Positions 1 through 9,633 of a stretch of DNA of 55,920 bases are shown one piece after another. A model generated the notes under the pieces. It saw only the letters and a list, made by a program, of their open reading frames with translations. It had not been told where the DNA came from and ran no database searches. Source of the stretch: Myxococcales bacterium (GTDB lineage Bacteria; Myxococcota_A; Polyangia; Haliangiales; Haliangiaceae); contig JADJGV010000034.1 of assembly GCA_016707895.1 (NCBI GenBank), forward strand, positions 885,625 through 941,544. Reading direction: 5' to 3'. The translations under genes and the position numbers were made by a program. Positions within the stretch are counted from its first letter, which is position 1. Each line of letters begins with the position of its first letter.

Positions 1-30
1 GCGAGCCTACGCCGAAGGGCGCCTTGTCGC

Positions 31-1095
31 ATGGCCCCACTCGCACGCGTTGCTCCGGCAGTGAGCGACGCGCTGGGCATATGCTCCAGCGTCATGGCAC
101 CGACGTTCCGAGTTCAGCTGACCGAGGCGCTGCGCGGTGCCCACGGACAGCTCCGCACCGAGGTCGGGAAGCAGTCGATCTATGGCTTCGTCGTCTACAC
201 GAGCGGCCAGGCGGAGTTCGACTACGTGTGCGCGTCGGCGAACACGGAGCAGGCGCTGGGCAAGGACGCGGCGCTGCGGTGGAGCGTGCCGGACTGGGAG
301 CACCACGACTTCGCCAAGGCGGTGCGCCAGCTCGCGGTCCCCGGCGACCGCGATGACGCCAAGCTCTACGGCGACATGGTCGCGGCGCTGGCCGCGCTCG
401 ACAAGGAGGGCCGGTTCGGCAAGGGCGCCGCGCGGGCGAAGGTCATCCTCAACGTCGTGTGCGGCGACATGAGCGAGGAGTTCTTCGTTCGGGGGCTGAA
501 GAAGCTCAACCCGGCGCCGGTGGCCAAGCGATGGATCACCGAGAACACGCCCGGTCCCTACCTCGACGCGTTGGAGCAGAAGCTGCCGAAGGGCCAGCGC
601 CTGGAGGCCCTGCTGGTGCTGCGCGAGGCGTTGGCCCTCGACCGCGACACCCCCGCGGTGCGCGCGGCGCGGAGCCGGTACGTCACCCAGTACAACCTGG
701 AGCCGCGCATCGCGCGCTTCGGCAGCGTCGCGATCCCGGCGTTGATCGACGCGATCGAGCGCCACGGCTTCGCTCCGGCGTTCAACAAGCCGGGCTCGCC
801 GGCGTGGAAGAAGCACGGCGCGTTCACGGTGGCGAACCAGCTCGCCACCGGATCCGCATTCCTGATCGGCACGTGCGGCGTCCCCGACGAGGCGTCAGTC
901 CAGCGACTGCTCGACATCGTGCGGCGCAAGGTCGCGCTCGACAAGAAGGTCCGCGGCCACGTCTCGACGCTCGCCGAGAACATCGCGCGCGTTCTGCACC
1001 GGCAGTTCCCCGCGCGGCTCCCCGACACGCGCATGAGCGAGACGACCAACCACCTCCTCAACGCGGAGGACTACCTGGGCGCGCGCAGGGCGTAG
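31..1095 (+). CDS. hypothetical protein (354 aa; may extend upstream of window start)
   Basis: Long ORF with diverse, non-repetitive composition (W/F/Y/K/D/E present) and high GC3. No recognisable motif. The reading frame stays open back to position 1. Confidence 0.5.
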   Translation: MAPLARVAPAVSDALGICSSVMAPTFRVQLTEALRGAHGQLRTEVGKQSIYGFVVYTSGQAEFDYVCASANTEQALGKDAALRWSVPDWEHHDFAKAVRQLAVPGDRDDAKLYGDMVAALAALDKEGRFGKGAARAKVILNVVCGDMSEEFFVRGLKKLNPAPVAKRWITENTPGPYLDALEQKLPKGQRLEALLVLREALALDRDTPAVRAARSRYVTQYNLEPRIARFGSVAIPALIDAIERHGFAPAFNKPGSPAWKKHGAFTVANQLATGSAFLIGTCGVPDEASVQRLLDIVRRKVALDKKVRGHVSTLAENIARVLHRQFPARLPDTRMSETTNHLLNAEDYLGARRA

Positions 1096-1148
1096 CGCGC
1101 CACGGCCGGGCCCCGCAGGTGCGGCGGCGCGCGGGCGATCCGCGCCCG

Positions 1149-2279
1149 TCAGGTCCGGCGGCCGGACAGCACGGTGAGCGCCGGCGCCGACGCCGGATCG
1201 GTGGCGTCGAAGCAGGCCTCGCAGACGCGGTTGACGCCGCGGAACGCGTCGAGCTCGATGCGCGGCGCGAGGTGTTCGGGCAGGGGCGGCTCGTCGCGCA
1301 GCAGATCGGTGGTCAGGTACTTCTTGTTCGAGTCGGGGAACACCGTGACCACGACCGCGGCGTCGCCGAGCTGCTCGCGCAGGCGCACCGCCGCGAGGAA
1401 GTTGGCGCCCGACGAGATGCCGACGCCGAGGCCCTGGTGGGCGAGCGCCTGCGCCATGCGGATCGCGTCGCCGTCGTCGATCGCGATGACGGCGTCGAGG
1501 GCGTCGAGCTGCACGATCGGCGGGATGAACTCGTCGGAGATGCCCTGGATGCGGTGGCGGCCGACCTTGTGCCCGGTCGACAGCGTCGGCGAGTTGGCCG
1601 GCTCGACCGGGTGCACCTTGATCCCGGGCACCTCGCGCTGCAGGTAGCGGCCGACGCCCATGATGGTGCCGCCGGTGCCGACGCCGGCGGTGAACGCGGT
1701 CGGGGCGAGTCCCTGCGAGCGGAGCTGCGCCAGCAACTCAGGGCCGGTGGAGATGGCGTGGGCCACCGGGTTCTCGTCGTTGGCGAACTGGCGGGGCAGG
1801 AACGCCCCCGGCGTCTGCGCGGCCAGCTCCTCGGCTAGCCGGATCGAGCCGAGGAAGCCGCCTTGCTCCTTCGACACCAGGTGGACCGCCGCGCCGAACG
1901 AGCGGATGAGCGCCTTGCGCTCCTCGCTCATCCAGTCGGGCATGAAGATCGCGACCGGGTGACCGAGCGCCCGGCCGATCGCGGCGAACGAGATGCCGGT
2001 GTTGCCGCTGGTCGCCTCGATGATCAGCCCGCCCGGCCGCAGCGCGCCGGTCTCGATGGCGCGGCGCAGGATGTGCAACGCCATCCGGTCCTTGATCGAT
2101 CCGGTGAGGTTGAGGTGCTCGGCCTTGGCGTAGACCGCGCGCAGCGGGCCGCCGTCGAGGCGGTACTCCACCGCGAGCAGCGGCGTGTTGCCGACCAGGA
2201 CGCGCAGCCCGCGCAGGCGGTGGATGGTGCGATCTTCGAGCACGGGGCCTCCGCGGACAGCATACCGCCCCGGGGGCAT
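1149..2279 (-). CDS. cysK: cysteine synthase (PLP-dependent, CysK/CysM family) with a ~60-aa C-terminal extension
   Basis: N-terminal [25 protein letters not shown] matches the PLP-lysine motif region. [10 protein letters not shown], the glycine-rich [15 protein letters not shown] loop and GISSGAN are all present. The extra C-terminal tail contains CEAC. Confidence 0.85.
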   Translation of the reverse strand: MPPGRYAVRGGPVLEDRTIHRLRGLRVLVGNTPLLAVEYRLDGGPLRAVYAKAEHLNLTGSIKDRMALHILRRAIETGALRPGGLIIEATSGNTGISFAAIGRALGHPVAIFMPDWMSEERKALIRSFGAAVHLVSKEQGGFLGSIRLAEELAAQTPGAFLPRQFANDENPVAHAISTGPELLAQLRSQGLAPTAFTAGVGTGGTIMGVGRYLQREVPGIKVHPVEPANSPTLSTGHKVGRHRIQGISDEFIPPIVQLDALDAVIAIDDGDAIRMAQALAHQGLGVGISSGANFLAAVRLREQLGDAAVVVTVFPDSNKKYLTTDLLRDEPPLPEHLAPRIELDAFRGVNRVCEACFDATDPASAPALTVLSGRRT

Positions 2280-2325
2280 CGCATCGACGGGCCGGGCTGT
2301 CTCGGCTGCGGGAGGCCGGGGCGGC

Positions 2326-3099
2326 CTACTTCGACGCGCCCGCGTCGGCGGCGCTGTCGTACTGCGCCTCGCAGCTGGCGGCGACCGTCGGGTTGGTGAG
2401 CTTGCACTGCTCGATGCCGAGCCGCCGCACCTGGGCTGGCGTGAACTGGTCGACGCAGAGCACGAGCTTGTCGCCCGACATCGAGCATGCGATCGCTGGC
2501 TTGGTCCAGGCGTCCTCCTTGCAGAGCCGTTCGATCAGCGCGGCGTCGGCGGCGGCCTGCTCCCTCACCCACGCGATCTCGGAGGCGCGCTCGTCCTTCA
2601 GGGCCAGCGCGGCGATCGCCTCGCAAGTGGGCTCGGGCCGCGGCTCGCCGGCGGCGGCGACGGCGCCGAGGACGCCGAGCATGGTCGAGCCGACGTCGAC
2701 CATGTCGCCGAGGACGGCCTGTTGGCCCTCGCCGTAGGCCCGCTGCATCGCGGTGGCGACGTGGTCGCGCTGGGCGGCGGTGAGCATGGCCTGGCAGCGC
2801 GCGGGGGGGGCGCCCGGCTTGACCGCGGCGATGCACGCGCGCAGCTCCGGTGACCATGCGTCGTCCTGACACACCTGGCGCAGGGCCGCCGCGACGCGTT
2901 CCCCGATCAGCGCGGCGTTGCGCTGCTGGCTGGCGGACATGTCCTTGGCGGCCTTGCCCTGGACCTTGACCTGACCAGCCTTGGCGGCGATCTCGTCGCA
3001 GCTCGCCGGCCTGGCGGCGCCGGCCGGGTCGTGCTTCTTGCAGCCCCCGGCGACCGCGCCGGTCAGGAGCCCCACGCTGAGTACCATCGAGAACTTCAT
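2326..3099 (-). CDS. secreted lipoprotein, Cys-rich, unknown function
   Basis: Internal Met start [20 protein letters not shown] gives a signal peptide with a lipobox (AGGC). The mature part has many Cys and charged residues. A C8 run lies in the coding strand at 2803-2810. Confidence 0.55.
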   Translation of the reverse strand: MKFSMVLSVGLLTGAVAGGCKKHDPAGAARPASCDEIAAKAGQVKVQGKAAKDMSASQQRNAALIGERVAAALRQVCQDDAWSPELRACIAAVKPGAPPARCQAMLTAAQRDHVATAMQRAYGEGQQAVLGDMVDVGSTMLGVLGAVAAAGEPRPEPTCEAIAALALKDERASEIAWVREQAAADAALIERLCKEDAWTKPAIACSMSGDKLVLCVDQFTPAQVRRLGIEQCKLTNPTVAASCEAQYDSAADAGASK

Positions 3100-3353
3100 C
3101 CGCGCTCCTCCTCCGCCCTCGACGTAGCCGCACGCGCCGCGGTGCATGCGAGGGCGACGCGCACCATCGCGGGTGCGGTCGACGAAGTCAACCGCGACGG
3201 TCGGGCGGCGTGAGGCCTGGGTGCGGCGCTCGCCGACGCCGGTCGGCGCGTCCGTCGGGGCGGTACGCGACCGCACGCGCGGTCTACGCCGGCGACGGTG
3301 CGATCATCGCGCACGAGGACTCCACCGAGCGCATACTCGCGTTGGGGAATCGC

Positions 3354-4469
3354 ATGGACCGGATCCGCGCCGCGCGACGACGCATGCTGACGGCGACCCT
3401 GGCGCTGGTCGTCGCGGCGGGCGCGCCGACGCCCGCGCCGTCGGGGGCTGACGAGCTTGCGCCGCGCGAGGCCCCCGTGAGCCCGGGCGCGCGGCCCGCG
3501 GACGAGCCGGCTCTGCCGCCCGTGACGCCGTCGCTGGCGCAGCCCGACGCGCCGATCCAGCTCGCGTTCGTCGGTGACGTCATGTTCGGTCGCTACGTCG
3601 GAGGGCGCCTGCAGCCGATCCCGGCGAGCCCGCGGCTGCTGACCGGCGCGCGGGGGCCGCTGACCGCGGCCGATCTGGCCATCGCCAACCTCGAGACGCC
3701 GATCGTCGAGGCGCCGCCGCGCCGCGGGCCGCGCGAGCGCCGGCGCTTCGTCGGCCGCGCCGCCCACGTCGCGCTGCTGGCGGCCGCGGGCATCGACGCG
3801 GTCAGCCTCGCCAACAACCACGCCGACGACATGGACGACGCCGGCGCCGCCGCCACGGTCGCGATCCTGGCGCGGCACGGCGTCACCGCGCTCGGCGCCG
3901 CGGTCGCGACGCCGCCCGCGGTCCGCGTCGAGACCCTCGCGGCCAGCGGGTGGCGCCTCGCGATCGTCGCGGTCACGACGGTGCGCAACCGCAGCCAGCG
4001 CGCGGGCGCGCTCGAGTTGCCGTACCTGGCGCCCGCCGACCTGGCCACCGTCGCCGCGCCGGTGATCGCGCGCGCCCGTCAGGACCACCACCGGGTGATC
4101 GTGCTGGTGCACTGGGGCGCCGAGGGGCGCCACCACCCCGCGCCGTGGCAGCGCCAGGCGGCCCACGCGCTGGTCGACGCCGGCGCCGACCTCGTGATCG
4201 GCAGCCACCCGCACGTGTTGCAGCCGATCGAGCGCTACCGCGACGGCGTCATCGCCTACTCGCTGGGCAACTTCGTCTTCGACAACCGCGCGCCGCGGCA
4301 GTCGCGCACCGCGGTGCTGACGATCGGGCTCACGCCGGGCGAGCCCTGCGCCGCCGTGGGGGTCACGCCGATGGCGCTCGGGCCCGGCTACCGGCCGCGC
4401 CCCGCGGGGCGCGCCGACGCGCGGCTGGTGCGCGCGGCGCTGGGCACGGTCGCGCCGTGCGCCCGCTGA
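3354..4469 (+). CDS. CapA/PgsA-family poly-gamma-glutamate synthesis-type metallophosphoesterase
   Basis: Signal-like N-terminus MDRIRAARRRMLTATLALVVAAG. Motifs FVGDVMFGRY, ANLETP, SLANNHADD, LVHWGAEG, GSHPHVLQP and SLGNFVFD are typical of the CapA (PGA_cap) family. Confidence 0.6.
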   Translation: MDRIRAARRRMLTATLALVVAAGAPTPAPSGADELAPREAPVSPGARPADEPALPPVTPSLAQPDAPIQLAFVGDVMFGRYVGGRLQPIPASPRLLTGARGPLTAADLAIANLETPIVEAPPRRGPRERRRFVGRAAHVALLAAAGIDAVSLANNHADDMDDAGAAATVAILARHGVTALGAAVATPPAVRVETLAASGWRLAIVAVTTVRNRSQRAGALELPYLAPADLATVAAPVIARARQDHHRVIVLVHWGAEGRHHPAPWQRQAAHALVDAGADLVIGSHPHVLQPIERYRDGVIAYSLGNFVFDNRAPRQSRTAVLTIGLTPGEPCAAVGVTPMALGPGYRPRPAGRADARLVRAALGTVAPCAR

Positions 4470-4484
4470 TCCACGTCGGAGCGC

Positions 4485-4949
4485 CTACTCGACGCTGACG
4501 CTCACCTCGACGCCCTTGCACGGGACGGTCTCGGTGATCTGCAGGAACGAGCCGCCCTCCTGACCGGTGACGTCGAACACGATCGGCCCGCCGGCGACCT
4601 CGATGTCGCCCTTCATCTGGCCGTCGACCGCGCCGCCGCTGGCCTTCAGGTAGGCCGTGCCCAGGCCGGCGCCCTCGGGGCCGGTGCCGGTGATGATGAT
4701 CTTGACCGGCTCGTCGGTCGGGATGTCGAACTTGGCGTAGCCGGTGGCCCGGCACGGCGCGGTGAACGTGAAGGTGTCGCCCCGGTGATACAGCGGCGCG
4801 TCGGCCATGGTGTCGCCGATGCCCGACGCGGCCTCGCCGCCACCGCCGCCGCCCGCGGTCGCCTTCTTGCCGAGCATGCTGCAGCCCGTGGTCAGAGAGA
4901 TCAGGAGAGCCCCGGCGGCCAGGGCGCGCTTCGCAGTGATGGTCATGCT
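4485..4949 (-). CDS. small lipoprotein, unknown function
   Basis: Start MTITAKRALAAGALLISLTTGC is a lipobox signal. Gly-rich linker GGGGGG. Roughly 150-aa beta-rich mature region. Confidence 0.55.
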   Translation of the reverse strand, partial: SMTITAKRALAAGALLISLTTGCSMLGKKATAGGGGGGEAASGIGDTMADAPLYHRGDTFTFTAPCRATGYAKFDIPTDEPVKIIITGTGPEGAGLGTAYLKASGGAVDGQMKGDIEVAGGPIVFDVTGQEGGSFLQITETVPCKGVEVSVSVE

Positions 4950-5066
4950 CGGGTAGAGGATCGGCTGGCAGAAACGTGACGCGCGGGGCTGCCGATTTCG
5001 GTAAGCCGGGGCGGGCCGCCGGGGCTCTATCATCCGTCGCCTCGCGACGAGGCGCGGAGGTCAACC

Positions 5067-6575
5067 GTGAGGCATCGACGGAGTTGCGGTCGCGCCCGCT
5101 GGGCCCTGGCCGGCGCGCTCACCGCGGCGGCGTGTGCGGGCCAGCCGACGTCGCTGGTGGCCCCCGCCACCGCGCCCGCCCCGCGGCCCGACGAGGCGCG
5201 CGCGGCCGGTGGGTTCATGCTGCTCACCGACGTGCCGGGCGTGGCGCCGGGCGGCATGTGGCCGATCGCGCTCGGCGGCGCGGGCTTCATCGCCGCGGGC
5301 GGCCGCCTGGCGACGGTGTCCGTGGGGCGCGTGGCGCTGGTGGAGCCGGCCCAGGCCGCGGACTGGATGTGCGTCGCCGCCGACGGCCAGCGCACGCTGG
5401 TCGTGGATCGCGAGGCGGTGCTGCAGGCGCCGCGGTTCGGTGCCCCGCTGGCGCGGCTGGGCGAGCTCCGCGATCTCGTCGGCGGCGACACCGTCATCTA
5501 CGAGCAGGACGGCGTGGTGCAGACCGCGACCTGCGCGGGCGAGCCTGCAGGGCCGGCGGAGATGCGCCCCGACCTGGTCGCCGCGCGCGCGGTCACCGCG
5601 ACGTCGATCGTCGCGCCGGCCGCCGACAGCGACGGCGAGCTGATCGGCCTGGACCTCGGCGGGGCCGATCCGGCGGCGCGTCGCTGGACGCGGATCGGCC
5701 GCTATCACGGGTGCGCGCCGATCGCCCTGCGCGCGGCGCTGTTCGAGTGCACGCGCGACGGCCGCGCCGTCGTGGTGCGGGTCGATCCCGACGGCGAGGC
5801 GCGCGAGGAGCGCGCGGTGGTGGAGGACCCCGCGCGCAACGACCTGCGGGCCGGCATCGACGTGGTGTCGCCGGAGGTGGCGATGAGCGGCGACGGCGGC
5901 GTCGCGGGCCTGGGCGGCTGCGACGGGGCGCGGCGCCACGCCGCGTGCGTGCGCCAGCCCGACGGGACCTGGGCGACGGTCGCCGCCCCGGCCGCGCTGC
6001 GCGATGCGATGGTGCGGTTCCACCCGTTCACGCCGGACTACGGCCCCCGCGGCGCCCCGCCGATGCTGCTGCCATCGCCGGCCGGTGAGCTGTTCGCGGT
6101 CTTCACGCCGCGCCGCGATCGCGACCAGCGGGTGATCGCGCGGGTCGGCGGGCGCGCCGCGGTCGCCGTGCGCGGGCTGCCCGACTGGTTCTTCGCCGAC
6201 GGCGCGGCGACCGATCCGGCGAGCTGGACCACGAGCGCCGGCGGGCTCCGCGCCTGGCCGCTGGCCCGGGGCACCGGCGCGGCCGTCGCGACGTGCGGGA
6301 TCGACATCGATCTGCGGGGGGCGGCCACGGCGGCGTGTCGGCCCGGGCCGGTGTGGGCCAGCGGCGCCGACGGCGTGCAGCGGCGGCCCGACGGCAGCTT
6401 CGTCGAGACCACCGACGCCGGCCGCACCTGGCAGCCGCTCACGCTGCCGCCCGGCTGGGACGCGGCCGGGGCACGCGTCGAGTGCTTCGCGCTGGGCTGC
6501 GCCTTCGGGATCTACCTGCGGTTGGGCTGGTCACCGCGCCGCGGGATCGTCGCCGCGCGCCGCGAGGGCGCGTAG
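5067..6575 (+). CDS. putative secreted/lipoprotein, unknown function (502 aa; GTG start)
   Basis: GTG-initiated ORF. N-terminus RWALAGALTAAAC is signal/lipobox-like. Composition is diverse (W, D, E, C). Confidence 0.5.
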   Translation: MRHRRSCGRARWALAGALTAAACAGQPTSLVAPATAPAPRPDEARAAGGFMLLTDVPGVAPGGMWPIALGGAGFIAAGGRLATVSVGRVALVEPAQAADWMCVAADGQRTLVVDREAVLQAPRFGAPLARLGELRDLVGGDTVIYEQDGVVQTATCAGEPAGPAEMRPDLVAARAVTATSIVAPAADSDGELIGLDLGGADPAARRWTRIGRYHGCAPIALRAALFECTRDGRAVVVRVDPDGEAREERAVVEDPARNDLRAGIDVVSPEVAMSGDGGVAGLGGCDGARRHAACVRQPDGTWATVAAPAALRDAMVRFHPFTPDYGPRGAPPMLLPSPAGELFAVFTPRRDRDQRVIARVGGRAAVAVRGLPDWFFADGAATDPASWTTSAGGLRAWPLARGTGAAVATCGIDIDLRGAATAACRPGPVWASGADGVQRRPDGSFVETTDAGRTWQPLTLPPGWDAAGARVECFALGCAFGIYLRLGWSPRRGIVAARREGA

Positions 6576-6595
6576 CGCACGCGCTCGTCGTGGCC

Positions 6596-7078
6596 TCAGC
6601 CCGCGGCCTCGCCGGCGAGGTACTCGGCCAGTTTGTCCATCGTGCCGTTGCCGATCTCGACCGCGCCGAAGCCGATCACCGCGTCGCGCCGCGCCTTGGT
6701 CGGGTGGAGCTGGCGCAGCGTCAGCACGGTCTTGCCGTTGCTCTGGGCGTCGAGCGTGATCGTCACGCGGAACACGTCGGGGGCGTCGTCCCGGTCGGCG
6801 CCGTGATCGAACACCAGCCGCGACGGCGCGGTGATCTCGAGGAAGGTGATCCGGTTGTCGTAGATGACGCCGTTGTCGCCGACGAAGTCGAACCGCAGCG
6901 CGCCGCCGACGCGGATGTCGGCGTGGCGGATCCGGCAGTGGAAGCCGCGCGGCGCGAACCACGCGCCGACCCGCTCGGCCTCGGTCCACGCGCGGAACAC
7001 GCGCTCGCGCGGCGCGTCGAGCACGCGCGTGAGCACCACCTCGCGCGCCATGTCCCAGGTCGGATCGGGGGTCGTCAT
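6596..7078 (-). CDS. SRPBCC / AHSA1 (activator of Hsp90 ATPase homolog)-domain protein
   Basis: About 160 aa. EVVLTRVLDAPRERVFRAWTEAE..WF..FDFVGDNG..LTLRQL is characteristic of the AHSA1/SRPBCC fold. Its ATG overlaps the stop of the upstream arsR gene (ATGA). Confidence 0.6.
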   Translation of the reverse strand: MTTPDPTWDMAREVVLTRVLDAPRERVFRAWTEAERVGAWFAPRGFHCRIRHADIRVGGALRFDFVGDNGVIYDNRITFLEITAPSRLVFDHGADRDDAPDVFRVTITLDAQSNGKTVLTLRQLHPTKARRDAVIGFGAVEIGNGTMDKLAEYLAGEAAG

Positions 7079-7401
7079 GCGTCGGTCTCCTTGAGGTAGT
7101 CGGCCAGGCGATCGAGCCGCTCGTCCCACGCGCGGCGGGTGTGCTCGGCCCACCGGGTGACGTCGTCGAGCGCCGCGGCGCGCAGCGCGCACGGACGCTT
7201 CTTCGCGTCGCGGCTGCGCGTGATCAGGCCCGCGCGCTCGAGCACCTTCAGGTGTCGCGAGATCGCCGGCAGGCTCATCGCGAACGGCGCCGCGAGCTCG
7301 GTCACCGACGCGTCGCCGCGCGCCAGCCGCGCGACGATCGCGCGGCGGGTCGGATCGGCCAGCGCCGCGAACGTGCGGTCGAGCGTGGGGTCGGATTGCA
7401 T
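7075..7401 (-). CDS. ArsR/SmtB-family transcriptional regulator
   Basis: FAALADPTRRAIVARLARGDASVTELAAPFAMSLPAISRHLKVLERAGLI is the canonical ArsR winged-HTH region. Its stop overlaps the start of the downstream AHSA1 gene. Confidence 0.75.
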   Translation of the reverse strand: MQSDPTLDRTFAALADPTRRAIVARLARGDASVTELAAPFAMSLPAISRHLKVLERAGLITRSRDAKKRPCALRAAALDDVTRWAEHTRRAWDERLDRLADYLKETDA

Positions 7402-7500
7402 CGCCTGAATTCCCTGTGTCTTCAAATCAGTTAACGCGATGGTTAAGTCATGTCAAGGACGATCTGGCCCCTGCGCGGCCCGGTGGCGCGCCGCGGCTCC

Positions 7501-8643
7501 TCAGCGGCTGACGACGATCAGCGTGGCGCCGTCGGCGGTCACGGCGGTGCACGCCTCGGGCGCGAGGCGCAGCTCGCCGAGGTCGTCGAGCCGGTCGGCG
7601 CTGGCGTCGCACACCAGCAGGCGCGGGCCGGCCAGCACGACGCGATGGCCGGGCGCGTAGTGGACCCGGCGCTCGTCGATGGCCGGGACCGCGTGGACGG
7701 CGGCGCTGACGGTGCGGCCGTCGCGCGGGTCGAGCCGGCGCGCGATCAGCACGAGCGGCGCGTCGCCGATCGCCGCGTCGAGCTGCGCCGCCAGCGCGGG
7801 CTCCTCCGCGCGCAGGTGCGCGAGCGCGTCGCCGGCGTCCTGAGTCAGCGCCGCGCGCTGCTCAAGACACGCGCTCGTGAGATCGCCCGTGGCCGCGTCG
7901 ACGTGCGCCGCCAGCAGCGTGTTGGAGGCGAGCGGCTCGACGGCGCGGACCAGCGGTAGCGGAAAGCCGGGCGCCGCCGGACCCGCCGCGGCGCCGGCCC
8001 GGGTCCACGGCGTCGCGTCGTAGATGCGCACCTCGTAGGGCCAGGCCCAGACGCAGCCGAACGTCACCAGGCGCGCGCCATCGAGCGCGAGCCGGAAGTC
8101 GACGTGGCAGAAGTCGGTCGACGTCTGCTCGTCGAACCGGCCCAGCACCTCGCCGCCCGCCGCGTCGAGCATGCGCACGCTCATGTAGCCGGGCGCCGCG
8201 ACGAACAGCGCCTCGCGTCCGTCGGGGAGCACGTCGAAGCACGGCCGCGCGGTGCCGTAGCCTGCCTCGAGCTCGCTGACGATCCGCCCGCCGTCGAGAT
8301 CGACCAGCCGGCCGTGGGCGCCGTCGACGAACGCGGAGCGCCCCGACGGCGAGGCGGTGAGCTCCGGCGCCTCGAGCGCCGGCGGGAGCGCGACGCGCGC
8401 CGCGCACCGCCAGCGATCGTCGCCGCGTTCCCAGCGCGCCACGACGCCGGCCGCGTCGAGCGCCACCAGCCCGCGCCGGGTCGCGGCGGCGGCGACGACG
8501 CCGGGCAGCTCGAGCGCCACCGCGGGCTCACCGCGGACGTCGACCACGCGCGCCCCGTCGCCCAGCAGCGCGACGAAGCCGTCGTCGAGCACCACCGGCG
8601 CGGCCGGCGGCCCGCCGCCCGATCGTAGCTCCACGATCCGCAT
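7501..8643 (-). CDS. hypothetical protein (380 aa)
   Basis: Long ORF with non-repetitive composition. No recognisable motif. Co-directional with the OmpW/lipoprotein cluster. Confidence 0.45.
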   Translation of the reverse strand: MRIVELRSGGGPPAAPVVLDDGFVALLGDGARVVDVRGEPAVALELPGVVAAAATRRGLVALDAAGVVARWERGDDRWRCAARVALPPALEAPELTASPSGRSAFVDGAHGRLVDLDGGRIVSELEAGYGTARPCFDVLPDGREALFVAAPGYMSVRMLDAAGGEVLGRFDEQTSTDFCHVDFRLALDGARLVTFGCVWAWPYEVRIYDATPWTRAGAAAGPAAPGFPLPLVRAVEPLASNTLLAAHVDAATGDLTSACLEQRAALTQDAGDALAHLRAEEPALAAQLDAAIGDAPLVLIARRLDPRDGRTVSAAVHAVPAIDERRVHYAPGHRVVLAGPRLLVCDASADRLDDLGELRLAPEACTAVTADGATLIVVSR

Positions 8644-8703
8644 CGCCCTAGCTGACCATGCCAGCGCGCCGCGCGTCGACCGCGGCGCTGCGCGAGTCGA
8701 CGA

Positions 8704-9633
8704 TCAGAAGTTGACGCCGGCGCCGGCGGTCACGAGCACGGGTCGCGCCACGACGTCGACCGAGACCGCGCCGACGTGGACCGACTCGTAGAGCGGGAAC
8801 GCGGGGGTCCGCACGTGGATGTTGTCGACGCGCGCGGCGATGGCGTAGCCGCTGAGCGCCTTGACGTCGAGGGTGGCGTGGACGCGCCCGGCCACCCGCA
8901 CGTCGAGGCCGAGCTGCCCCACCGCCGAGACCGCGTCGTCGATCGCGAGGTGCGGCGTCGCGACCTCGGTCAAGATCGGGTTGGTGATCGTCGCGTCGTA
9001 GGCGTGGAAGTAGCTGACGCCGACGCCGACGTAGGGGCGCACGCGGTGGCCGCGGCGTGCGCGGTACACGACCGTGACGATCGGCGGCAGCGCCTTGGTC
9101 CGGCCGAGCTCGGGGCCCAGCGGCGGGATGCCGGTGGGGACGGTGTCGAGCACCATCGGCGCGAGCGACTGCTCGGCGATGGTGCCCTTGGCCCGCAGCT
9201 CGAACGTCACCGGCGGCGCCAGCACGGTCTCGACGCCGAGCTCGCCCTCCCAGGCCGGGACGGCGTAGCCGACCAGCAGCGCCGGCGTGGTGATCGAGGT
9301 GAGGTCGGTGGACGAGCCCGCGATCGGGCCGTTCTCGACGGCGAGGCTGGCGGGGCCGGCGACGCCGGACAGCACGACCGCCCCGCTCGAGGCGTGCGGC
9401 GTGACGTGCAGGATACCGGCGCGCAGGTGCCAGGTGCCCCGGCGGGGCGTGGGCCCAGCGCCGTGCCGGCGGCGGCGGGGGCCGGGGGCGGGCGCCGGTT
9501 CGGGCGGCCCGGCGTCGACCGCCGGCTGCCCATCCTCGTCCTCGAGGACGATATCGTCGAGGTCGATCGGCGCCTCGGCGAGCGCGGTCGCCGCGGTCGC
9601 CGCCAGCGCGACAAAGATGCCGGCGGCGCGCAT
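8704..9633 (-). CDS. OmpW-family outer-membrane beta-barrel protein with N-terminal extension
   Basis: Signal MRAAGIFVALAATAATALA. RPYVGVGVSYFHAYD, AVGQLGLDVRV and the C-terminal ...VTAGAGVNF (terminal Phe) match OmpW. The start overlaps the upstream gene stop (TGATG). Confidence 0.6.
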   Translation of the reverse strand: MRAAGIFVALAATAATALAEAPIDLDDIVLEDEDGQPAVDAGPPEPAPAPGPRRRRHGAGPTPRRGTWHLRAGILHVTPHASSGAVVLSGVAGPASLAVENGPIAGSSTDLTSITTPALLVGYAVPAWEGELGVETVLAPPVTFELRAKGTIAEQSLAPMVLDTVPTGIPPLGPELGRTKALPPIVTVVYRARRGHRVRPYVGVGVSYFHAYDATITNPILTEVATPHLAIDDAVSAVGQLGLDVRVAGRVHATLDVKALSGYAIAARVDNIHVRTPAFPLYESVHVGAVSVDVVARPVLVTAGAGVNF

